From: Bacillus subtilis subsp. subtilis str. 168
Lineage (GTDB): Bacteria; Bacillota; Bacilli; Bacillales; Bacillaceae
Direction of reading: 5' to 3'
DNA: 32,000 nt
Assembly (NCBI RefSeq): GCF_000009045.1
Contig: NC_000964.3
Coordinates: forward strand, 2,820,001-2,852,000
Every line of letters starts with the position of its first letter. Position 1 is the stretch's first letter. Position numbers and translations under genes: made by a program. Positions 19,949 to 27,061 of the stretch are shown one piece after another. The notes below the pieces were generated by a model. That model saw only the letters and a list, made by a program, of their open reading frames with translations. It was not told the origin of the DNA and did no database searches.

Positions 19949-20109
19949 GAATGGAAATTAAACGTTCTATGTCTCTTTTATCACAATTCATGCTTATAAG
20001 TAGCCTTCTTCTTCAAGACCAGATACACTAGAATTAGGCTCTTTTTCCTGAACAGTTTATGATTTTCCTATAAACAGCTGCATAAAATAGAGCAAAGAAG
20101 GTGAATGAA

Positions 20110-20757
20110 ATGCTGACAAAAGCAGAGGCACTGGCCCATACCGTCATATACCGCAAGAACAGCAGATTTGATAAAGTCAAAGAGAAATCCGAGGAATTAA
20201 CACTAATCGGCAAGGGAAGAAGCGCCTATGTGTTTGCCTTAACAGAAGGCGGTCGAAAAATGGCGCTGAAAGTATTTTTTCCGGAATATCAAGCGACAGC
20301 AGTCAAAGAAGCAGCGATCTATGAAAAATTAGCCGGGTCCGCATTCTATCCTGACATTTACGAAACTGGCGATTCATTTATTCTCATGGAATATATTAAA
20401 GGTGAAACCTTTTATAACTGTCTGAAGAAAGGCATTGCAATCAGTGATGACATGATTCAGCAGGTTGAAGAAGCGCTTTCTGACGCCCGGGCAGCCGGAC
20501 TGAACCCGTCAGATATTCATTTGCGGAATCTGATATTGACAGAAACCGGGGCGGTGCGGGTGATTGATGTTGCGAGATTTGAGCAGACAAAAACATGCAC
20601 GCAGTGGGACGACTTAAAATCCGCATATCATGCACTCTACAAAAAACCGATATTCCCCAAAAAGATTCCGGGTTTTTGGCTGGAGATCATCGCATTTTTA
20701 TATAAGAAAGATTGGTTTCAAAAGCATTTCGCACAGCGGAAAAGAAAATATTCTTAA
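20110..20757 (+). CDS. yrzF: Small atypical protein-kinase-fold protein
   Basis: ATG 20110 (215 aa) follows AAGAAGGTGA. Kinase-like elements are GKGRSAYVF (G-loop), ALKVF (Lys), DIHLRNLIL (catalytic loop) and VIDVA (metal-binding). Confidence 0.85.
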   Translation: MLTKAEALAHTVIYRKNSRFDKVKEKSEELTLIGKGRSAYVFALTEGGRKMALKVFFPEYQATAVKEAAIYEKLAGSAFYPDIYETGDSFILMEYIKGETFYNCLKKGIAISDDMIQQVEEALSDARAAGLNPSDIHLRNLILTETGAVRVIDVARFEQTKTCTQWDDLKSAYHALYKKPIFPKKIPGFWLEIIAFLYKKDWFQKHFAQRKRKYS

Positions 20758-20760
20758 ATC

Positions 20761-20795
20761 AAAAAGGCAGCCGCACAAGCGGCTGCCTTTATCAT
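20761..20795. terminator. Hairpin terminator between yrzF and the convergent 40-codon ORF
   Basis: Perfect 9-bp stem GGCAGCCGC (20766-20774) pairs with GCGGCTGCC (20779-20787) around loop ACAA. The minus-strand side has TTTTT. The plus-strand side has only TTTAT. Confidence 0.75.
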
Positions 20796-20802
20796 GTATT
20801 TT

Positions 20803-20925
20803 TTACTTTCTGACGGCAGAAATCAGTTTCATTTGTTCAGGCGACAGCTTAATTCGATAGCCTCTCACAGTTAAGTAGACCGCTTCTGGGTCCTTCTCGC
20901 CGGAATGACAATACGTTTTTTCCAT
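20803..20925 (-). CDS. Unassigned 40-aa ORF (MEKTYCHSGEKDPEAVYLTVRGYRIKLSPEQMKLISAVRK)
   Basis: It is below the 60-aa cut-off of the ORF track. ATG 20923-20925 is preceded by GAGGGGAGA at 6-nt spacing. TAA is at 20803-20805, followed by the 20766-20787 hairpin and a T-run. Confidence 0.5.
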   Translation of the reverse strand: MEKTYCHSGEKDPEAVYLTVRGYRIKLSPEQMKLISAVRK

Positions 20926-21009
20926 TTCTGTCTCCCCTCACCCTTTATTGGCTTTATTTCATCTTATCATTGCTTTATTGAGGTAATTTTAAAGAAATGT
21001 AAAGATTAT

Positions 21010-21300
21010 ATGAATCCGATATATAGTAAAATGAGAGAAAAAAAGGGAGAGAGTCACATTAAGACCGAAAACACCTTGAGCTTAGATGCAGCCAGAGGTG
21101 AACTTGTAAATGAAAAAACACTTGTCAAGAGAACAATCTACTGGAATTACCCGGACAGCCGCCCAGCAGTGACGTGGATCAATCACAATACAGTGAAAAT
21201 CGGCAATCAGACTTTACATCTTGATACTGATGAAACGTATGATTGGCGAAAAGATGATCATTGGATCCGTGAAGAACCGCCGCAGGCGTCAGTGAGGTGA
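21010..21300 (+). CDS. Hypothetical protein resembling only the C-terminal half of DUF5412-type small Bacillus proteins (possible remnant)
   Basis: The segment ARGELVNEKTLVKRTIYWNYPDSRPAVTWINHNTVKIGNQTLHLDTDETYDWR matches my recollection of DUF5412 (RGEL...IYWNY...W.DN.TV.ING..L......YDWR). The start is uncertain: ATG 21010 or 21031, neither with a good SD. By position it may be yrzG. Confidence 0.4.
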   Translation: MNPIYSKMREKKGESHIKTENTLSLDAARGELVNEKTLVKRTIYWNYPDSRPAVTWINHNTVKIGNQTLHLDTDETYDWRKDDHWIREEPPQASVR

Positions 21301-21306
21301 TGAAAC

Positions 21307-21447
21307 ATGAATAAGATGAACGGAACAAATGATGAAAAGCATTTCAATCATTTTGTGATTGCTTTATCCTTTATATACGGTTTGACTGAACTAGGCTATT
21401 TGTTGCTGAAGGATTTTATAACAATTGCCATAAGTTTGCCTCTGTAG
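21307..21447 (+). CDS. 46-aa single-TM peptide (MNKMNGTNDEKHFNHFVIALSFIYGLTELGYLLLKDFITIAISLPL)
   Basis: It is below the track cut-off. SD GAGGTGA (21294-21300) overlaps the stop of the upstream ORF and lies 6 nt before ATG 21307. TAG is at 21445-21447, followed directly by a terminator. By position it may be yrzH. Confidence 0.5.
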   Translation: MNKMNGTNDEKHFNHFVIALSFIYGLTELGYLLLKDFITIAISLPL

Positions 21448-21486
21448 AAAAACGCAGCGTAGTCGATACGCCGCGTTTTTTCTTTT
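21448..21486 (+). terminator. Intrinsic terminator after the small-ORF pair
   Basis: Stem AAACGCAGCGTA (21450-21461) pairs with TACGCCGCGTTT (21467-21478), with one mismatch and a 5-nt loop. A T-run follows (21476-21480, continuing TCTTTTT). Confidence 0.7.
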
Positions 21487-21496
21487 TCCCTTCCTC

Positions 21497-21525
21497 TTCT
21501 TATTGATAATTACAGGTCATATAAT
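21497..21525 (+). promoter_or_regulatory. Candidate sigma-A promoter for yrbD
   Basis: Perfect -10 TATAAT (21520-21525) and a weak -35 TTCTTA (21497-21502) at 17-nt spacing. This predicts a leader of about 80 nt. Confidence 0.4.
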
Positions 21526-21610
21526 GTGACAAATCGATTGTAGAAATAGTTCGATTAGACCAAAATCCTTTTTATACATGTATTCGAATTTGAAGTGAGG
21601 GGGAAGCTTG

Positions 21611-23065
21611 ATGGCAGATTTTGTTGCTAGTTTGAATGCGGTCTTATGGAGTACGCCCGTCATTTATATTTTATTGGGAATTGGATTCGCCTTTTCAATT
21701 ATGACCCGTTTTTTACAAGTCCGACATTTAAAAGAAATGATTGTTCAGATGTTCAAAGGCAAGAGCTCTGAAGCCGGCGTTTCATCTTTCCAAGCGTTAT
21801 CGATTGCGCTGTCCGGCCGTGTGGGCACAGGAAACATCGCGGGAGTGGCGACAGCAATTGCATTCGGCGGACCCGGTGCAGTGTTCTGGATGTGGGCGAT
21901 TGCCTTTATCGGGGCGGCGAGTGCCTTTGTAGAATCAACGCTTGCTCAAATTTACAAAGTGAAACAAGACGGTCAATATCGGGGCGGCCCTGCTTATTAT
22001 ATAGAAAAAGGCTTAGGCATTAAGTGGTTTGCCGTCTTATTTGCCGCTGCTGCCCTTATTGCAATGGCCTTTCTAATGCCGGGCGTACAGTCCAACTCCA
22101 TTGCGGCTGGGATCCAAAATGCATTCGGCATCTCTCCTTTCGTCACAGGGTGCGGTCTGGTTTTATTATTAGGGTTCATTATTTTTGGCGGCGTCAAACG
22201 AATTGCCAATGCGGCGCAAATGATTGTTCCATTTATGGCCATTGGATATATCCTGCTGTCTTTGATTATTATTGTCATGAATGTGTCTGAATTGCCTGCT
22301 GTGATCTCATTAATATTCAAAAGCGCCTTCGCATTGGATTCCGCTTTTGGCGGCTTGATCGGTATGGCGATTTCCTGGGGCGTTAAACGTGGCATTTACT
22401 CAAACGAAGCCGGCCAGGGAACAGGCCCGCATCCGGCAGCTGCTGCAGAGGTTTCTCATCCGGTCAAGCAGGGACTGGTTCAGGCATTTTCTGTTTATAT
22501 TGACACCTTGTTTGTATGTTCCGCTACAGCTTTCATGATCTTGTTTACCGGCATGTACAATACCCAGGCTGCAGATGGTTCCTTTATCGTTCACCAGCTT
22601 AAAGGCGTAGAAGCAGGACCTGGTTTCACACAAGCGGCAATTGACAGTGTTCTTCCCGGATTCGGTGCAGGCTTTGTTGCCATCGCTTTATTCTTCTTCG
22701 CTTTTACAACAATTATGGCGTATTACTACATCGCAGAAACAAATATCGCCTATTTAGCACGAGGCAGAGAAAGCAAATGGGCGATGCTTGGCTTAAAACT
22801 GATTATTTTAGCCGCCACGTTCTATGGTACTGTGAAAACAGCTTCACTTGCTTGGGCATTAGGGGATGCAGGGCTTGGCATTATGGTATGGCTGAACGTC
22901 ATTGCCATTGTGCTGCTTGCCAAGCCGGCGCTCCTTGCTTTAAAGGATTATGAGCGCCAAAAGAAGCAGGGCTTAGACCCGATCTTTGATCCAAAAGCGC
23001 TGGGTATCAAAAACGCTGATTTCTGGGAGAAAGAATACACTCATGAAAGTGAACGTGTCTCCTGA
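21611..23065 (+). CDS. yrbD: Sodium:alanine (AGCS family) symporter
   Basis: Polytopic membrane protein with typical AGCS motifs (GRVGTGNIAGVATAI, SNEAGQG). ATG 21611 follows GAGGGGGAAG. The track start is the adjacent TTG. Confidence 0.92.
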   Translation: MADFVASLNAVLWSTPVIYILLGIGFAFSIMTRFLQVRHLKEMIVQMFKGKSSEAGVSSFQALSIALSGRVGTGNIAGVATAIAFGGPGAVFWMWAIAFIGAASAFVESTLAQIYKVKQDGQYRGGPAYYIEKGLGIKWFAVLFAAAALIAMAFLMPGVQSNSIAAGIQNAFGISPFVTGCGLVLLLGFIIFGGVKRIANAAQMIVPFMAIGYILLSLIIIVMNVSELPAVISLIFKSAFALDSAFGGLIGMAISWGVKRGIYSNEAGQGTGPHPAAAAEVSHPVKQGLVQAFSVYIDTLFVCSATAFMILFTGMYNTQAADGSFIVHQLKGVEAGPGFTQAAIDSVLPGFGAGFVAIALFFFAFTTIMAYYYIAETNIAYLARGRESKWAMLGLKLIILAATFYGTVKTASLAWALGDAGLGIMVWLNVIAIVLLAKPALLALKDYERQKKQGLDPIFDPKALGIKNADFWEKEYTHESERVS

Positions 23066-23072
23066 ACATACT

Positions 23073-23106
23073 AAAACCGGCCCGATATGACCTCGTGCCG
23101 GTTTTT
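23073..23106. terminator. Bidirectional terminator between yrbD and yrbC
   Basis: Stem AAAACCGGC-C-CGA (23073-23085) pairs with TCG-T-GCCGGTTTT (23094-23106), with one mismatch and a 7-8-nt loop. T-rich sequence flanks both strands. It overlaps the yrbC stop codon. Confidence 0.65.
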
Positions 23107-23828
23107 TATGAACGATAGTTTGTATACACTTCTTGAACATCATCGTCATCTTCAAGGACGTCTATTAATGTTTCCAGCTTCTCAACAGCCTGATCATCGG
23201 CTTCTGCATAGGTATTGGGAAGCATGGTCACCTCCGCCGAAGAAATTAGATATTTCGATTCGAGGGCTGTTTTCACCTCTTCAAAATGCTCAGGCTCTGT
23301 GAAAACCTCATATAGGTCTTCTTCAATTCGCAGCTCTTCTCCTCCTGCTTCAAGCACATCAAGCATGAGCTCATCTTCTTCTATTTGCCGTTCAGTACGG
23401 TCTATCGTAATGAACCCCTTTCGTTCAAATAAAAAGGCTACACATCCGCTTTCTCCCAGACTTCCGCCATTTTTATTAAAGGCTGTCCGCACATTTGACG
23501 CCGTTCGGTTTTTATTATCTGTTACGCATTCAACCATGACGGCAATCCCTGAAGGGCCGTAGCCTTCATAGGTGATTTCTTCATAGCTGCTTCCGTCTTG
23601 GCCTCCCGCAGCTTTTTTAATGGCCCGATCTATATTTTCATTCGGCATATTGGCGCCTTTTGCTTTTTCGATGACAAGACGCAATGCTGAATTTGCTTCT
23701 GGATCCGCTCCGCCTTCTTTCGCTGCCACATAGATTTCTTTTGCCAGCTTCATAAATATTTTCCCGCGCTTTGCATCCTGTGCATTTTTTCTTTTTTGAA
23801 TGTTTTTCCACTTGGAATGGCCTGCCAT
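23106..23828 (-). CDS. yrbC: YebC/PmpR-family protein (historically called a transcriptional regulator)
   Basis: Start ATG 23826-23828 (240 aa) has AAGGTGA upstream. The family N-terminus is MAGHSKWKNIQKRK. The 20-aa track extension is unsupported. Confidence 0.93.
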   Translation of the reverse strand: MAGHSKWKNIQKRKNAQDAKRGKIFMKLAKEIYVAAKEGGADPEANSALRLVIEKAKGANMPNENIDRAIKKAAGGQDGSSYEEITYEGYGPSGIAVMVECVTDNKNRTASNVRTAFNKNGGSLGESGCVAFLFERKGFITIDRTERQIEEDELMLDVLEAGGEELRIEEDLYEVFTEPEHFEEVKTALESKYLISSAEVTMLPNTYAEADDQAVEKLETLIDVLEDDDDVQEVYTNYRS

Positions 23829-23890
23829 GTTTTCACCTTCTTTTACATTTTCTATGTACACTTTAATGGGAAATGTTCGCTGATGCAAAG

Positions 23891-23922
23891 AAAAAGGCTG
23901 CCGAATATCACTTCCGGCAGCC
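23891..23922 (-). terminator. Intrinsic terminator of coxA
   Basis: Stem GGCTGCCG (23896-23903) pairs with CGGCAGCC (23915-23922) around an 11-nt loop. On the minus strand it is followed by TTTTTCTTT. Confidence 0.7.
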
Positions 23923-23930
23923 CTTCCTTC

Positions 23931-24527
23931 CTAGCGGTTGTTCATTTTATGAAGTTTTCTGAACAGCCCTTTATCTGTTGATACTTGGACGTCACGGCCA
24001 TTTGCATAGTTGCGCGCTGCTTTTACAACATTATCTCTGTCAGACTTTGTGAACTCTCTGTGGCTTTTGACTGCGATAACTACTCGGTCATCCGATACCA
24101 TAACTTGTGTGTCATTGACGTTTTTCACTTGTTTCACACGGTTGGCAATTTTTGCAGCCAGTCTTCTGTTTTCTTGGTTGTCATACCCGTTGTTCGCTGC
24201 ATTCCGATTCATGTTTCGGTTATTCGTGTTGTTATATGTTCCGTCAGTTGCCAAAGGAACACGATCGTCAGCAGTAACACGGTCACGGTTATTTACATTC
24301 GTGGTGTTTCGGTTACCGTCGTTCTGATCCTCCATTAATTCAGAAACAGGACCATCGTGGTCGATTCCGTCTCCCTGTCTATCGGCGTCATTTTCATTTG
24401 TATAATATCCGATTGGACGGGTATTGCCGTTATTGCGCGTATCATTCATAGCATTATCGTTTGCTCCGCATGCTGTTAAGCCGGCTGTCATTAGAATCAG
24501 GCTAGCGATCGTCATTTTTTTACCCAA
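23931..24527 (-). CDS. coxA: Sporulation cortex lipoprotein CoxA (YhcN/YlaJ family)
   Basis: Lipobox LTAC follows a signal peptide. An Asn-rich linker leads to a C-terminal YhcN/YlaJ-type domain (IANRVKQVKNVNDTQVMVSDDRVVIAVK...). TTG start 24525-24527 is 8 nt after GGGGGG. Confidence 0.88.
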   Translation of the reverse strand: MGKKMTIASLILMTAGLTACGANDNAMNDTRNNGNTRPIGYYTNENDADRQGDGIDHDGPVSELMEDQNDGNRNTTNVNNRDRVTADDRVPLATDGTYNNTNNRNMNRNAANNGYDNQENRRLAAKIANRVKQVKNVNDTQVMVSDDRVVIAVKSHREFTKSDRDNVVKAARNYANGRDVQVSTDKGLFRKLHKMNNR

Positions 24528-24641
24528 TGGAAAAACCCCCCGTGGACGAATTGAGCATGTTTGCTCGCTTTTATCATGTGCGTATGGGGGGCATGTTAAG
24601 CGTGTCAGTTCTCTCCATTTGGCAGTGATCTGCTTGAAAAC

Positions 24642-24668
24642 AAAAAAAGGAACGATTTACATCGTTCC
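24642..24668 (-). terminator. Intrinsic terminator of safA
   Basis: Perfect 8-bp stem GGAACGAT (24649-24656) pairs with ATCGTTCC (24661-24668) around loop TTAC. On the minus strand it is followed by TTTTTTT. Confidence 0.85.
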
Positions 24669-24674
24669 GAACGA

Positions 24675-25838
24675 TCACTCATTTTCTTCTTCCGGACGGC
24701 CAAACATTTGGTTTACAGAAGGCTGGTTCGTCATTGGCATAGAAACTCCTGCCGAATATGGGTTTGGATTTGGGTTAGCTGTGCCATATGGCATATTAGG
24801 GCTTCCATAAGCTCCCATTCCCGAATGGCCAGGTGCAGAGAAATATGGCTGATGATCACCGTCACAGCCGCAGTCGTCATGATCTTTGTATGGCATGTAA
24901 CCATGAGCCGCAGCAGGCTGGTATGCTCCCATTACTTGGGGAGTGCCGTAATAAGGGCCATACGGCATATGTCCATACGGAGATCCATAAGCCGGAGATG
25001 CGTATTGCGGCGCACCGTATGAACCGTAATGTCCGTGATGGCTGTTTTCATGATGCTGGTTTTCATAACCCGGGTCATACTGAGGCGATACAAAGCCTGG
25101 CTGGTATCCATGCATCGGATGCATTGGATAAGCTTGTGCCGGATAGTACGGATAGCATAATCCTGATCCTGGAAGAATTGGCGAAACAGGCACCGGACAC
25201 GGTACGAAATGAGCCGGATAATGATAATAAGGCTGAACAGCCGGCATCGGCATATTCGGAACTGTGTGATGAACGTTTTCCTCTTCTATACCGCCTACCT
25301 CTGGCGCCTTTGGCATATTAGGCATATTCGGATAATTTGCATTTTCCATATTACTCATAGCCTCCTGTTGTGGAAATTGGTCTTGCATATGATACATATG
25401 ATCCATATTTCCGTCATGATGTTTTTTCGGCTCCTCCGGTTTAGGAGGCGACCAAGGCTGGAAAAGCTGTTTCATATCATAATAATCGTTCACATCAGCT
25501 TCAGGGTACACATTTTCCTGCAAATTAGGCATCGGCGGGACATACGGCATGGACTTCTTTTCTTTCGGCTTTGTGTCTTCTACATCGACAACGGATTTAG
25601 GCTTCTCTTTCGCATATGGATGTTCTTGCTTCACACTCCCGGCCGCAGGACTTTTGCCCGCTTTTGGCTCTTTTCTGACCGGGACTCCTTCTGACGGCAC
25701 TTTTATTTTCATTCCAGGCATGATTAAGTCTGGATTGCTAAGCTGTGTATTGAGTTTTTTCACTTCCTCAACATCGACTCCGTACTTTTCAGCTATTTTC
25801 CAGAGCGAATCGCCTTTTTGAACGATATGGATTTTCAA
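24675..25838 (-). CDS. safA: Spore coat morphogenetic protein SafA (N-terminal LysM, P/Y/H/M-rich C-terminal region)
   Basis: 387 aa. TTG start with SD TAGGAGGGG. The LysM domain is IHIVQKGDSLWKIAEKYGVDVEEVKKLNTQLSNPDLIMPGMKIKVP. The remainder is low-complexity sequence. Confidence 0.95.
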   Translation of the reverse strand: MKIHIVQKGDSLWKIAEKYGVDVEEVKKLNTQLSNPDLIMPGMKIKVPSEGVPVRKEPKAGKSPAAGSVKQEHPYAKEKPKSVVDVEDTKPKEKKSMPYVPPMPNLQENVYPEADVNDYYDMKQLFQPWSPPKPEEPKKHHDGNMDHMYHMQDQFPQQEAMSNMENANYPNMPNMPKAPEVGGIEEENVHHTVPNMPMPAVQPYYHYPAHFVPCPVPVSPILPGSGLCYPYYPAQAYPMHPMHGYQPGFVSPQYDPGYENQHHENSHHGHYGSYGAPQYASPAYGSPYGHMPYGPYYGTPQVMGAYQPAAAHGYMPYKDHDDCGCDGDHQPYFSAPGHSGMGAYGSPNMPYGTANPNPNPYSAGVSMPMTNQPSVNQMFGRPEEENE

Positions 25839-25954
25839 CGTTTTCCCCTCCTATGCAAAACGTGAACAGTTCAGCTGTGATTACAATATGTTTCTTCACA
25901 ACATATGCCTGAACAAAAGAAGTTATGAGTAAAGGAAGGGAAAATATTTCTGAT

Positions 25955-27061
25955 CTACGTGATCGAAAGCATTCGATTCAGGGCAAGGAGTGCATCTTCC
26001 TGAATGGCTTTTGGCACCTTGATGACGCCTGAAGGTTCTCCTTTTTCAATTTGTTCCAGCGACCACAACAAATGCGGCAAATCAATTCGGTTCATTGTCA
26101 GGCAAGGGCACATGTCAGGGTTGAGTGATTCGATTTGTTTATCTGGATGCTCGTGAATGATCCGCTGAACAAGATTCATTTCTGTCCCGATTGCCCACTT
26201 GCTTCCCGCCGGAGCCTGGTTGATTGTGTCGATAATATATTTCGTTGATCCGTTATCATCGCTTAGTGTCACGACTTCGTGTGAACATTCCGGGTGCACA
26301 ATGATCTGAATGTCGGGGTCTCGCTCTCTCATATCATGGATATTTTTAGTGGTGAATTTCTCGTGAACAGAGCAATGCCCTTTCCACAAAATCACTTTCA
26401 CATTCGTATGCCCGGATTCAGCTACTAATTCATCTTTCATCGGATCCCACACAGCCATATCTTCAAGCGCAATGCCCAGATCATAAGCCGTATTTCTCCC
26501 TAAATGCTGATCAGGCAAAAATAAAATTCTTTTTTTCTGTGTAAACGCCCATTCAAGCACTTTTTTCGCATTCGAAGAAGTTACAGTTGCTCCGCCATGC
26601 TTTCCGACGAATGCCTTGATCTCCGCAGTGGAGTTCACATAAGTTAAAGGTATGATCGTATCTCCAAATATATGCTGAAGCTTCTTCCATGCCCTATTGG
26701 TCTGCTGCATGTCAGCCATGTCAGCCATAGAACATCCAGCTCTCATATCTGGCAGGACGACCGTTTGCTGCTCGCTTGTCAGCATATCGGCGGTTTCTGC
26801 CATAAAGTGAACGCCGCAAAATACGATATAATCCGCTTCTTTGTTTTTTTCCGCTACTTGGGCCAATTGCAGGGAGTCGCCTGTTTGGTCAGCAAATTGT
26901 ATCACTTCATCCTTTTGATAATGATGGCCTGGTATAAAGAGCCTGCTGCCGAACTTTTTCTTAATGGCGGCAACGCGCGTTTCCATATCCTTTCTCGATA
27001 GTTCTTTATAACTTTCGGGCATCATATCATTCGATTGTTTGATCACATCAAGAATTGACAT
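25955..27061 (-). CDS. nadA: Quinolinate synthase NadA
   Basis: ATG 27059-27061 (368 aa) is 7 nt after GGAGGAA. It overlaps the nadC 3' end by 14 nt. Conserved Cys ligands are present. The 13-aa track extension is unsupported. Confidence 0.95.
   Translation of the reverse strand: MSILDVIKQSNDMMPESYKELSRKDMETRVAAIKKKFGSRLFIPGHHYQKDEVIQFADQTGDSLQLAQVAEKNKEADYIVFCGVHFMAETADMLTSEQQTVVLPDMRAGCSMADMADMQQTNRAWKKLQHIFGDTIIPLTYVNSTAEIKAFVGKHGGATVTSSNAKKVLEWAFTQKKRILFLPDQHLGRNTAYDLGIALEDMAVWDPMKDELVAESGHTNVKVILWKGHCSVHEKFTTKNIHDMRERDPDIQIIVHPECSHEVVTLSDDNGSTKYIIDTINQAPAGSKWAIGTEMNLVQRIIHEHPDKQIESLNPDMCPCLTMNRIDLPHLLWSLEQIEKGEPSGVIKVPKAIQEDALLALNRMLSIT

Noticed and set aside
19951-20031. 26-codon plus-strand ORF (MEIKRSMSLLSQFMLISSLLLQDQIH) in the yrbE-yrzF intergenic region
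   Set aside because: It has no Shine-Dalgarno upstream of the ATG and sits in a promoter region. Nothing distinguishes it from a chance ORF.
20041-20085. Imperfect inverted repeat GTTTAT...ATAAAC upstream of yrzF as an operator
   Set aside because: It has only 6 bp with a 9-nt loop in AT-rich sequence, which is within chance expectation.
24536-24591. A C6 run (minus strand, 24586-24591) that could pair with the G6 Shine-Dalgarno of coxA (24536-24541) as an anti-SD
   Set aside because: Only the six G-C pairs form and the flanking bases do not extend the helix. A sigma-E-like -10 (CATACGCA) overlaps the C-run, so the C-run is probably upstream of the transcription start and absent from the mRNA.
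24708-25821. Four overlapping plus-strand ORFs (90-162 aa) opposite safA
   Set aside because: They are explained by the restricted codon repertoire of the low-complexity safA sequence, so stop codons are rare on the opposite strand. They have no SDs and their translations are His/Arg/Ile-rich and implausible.
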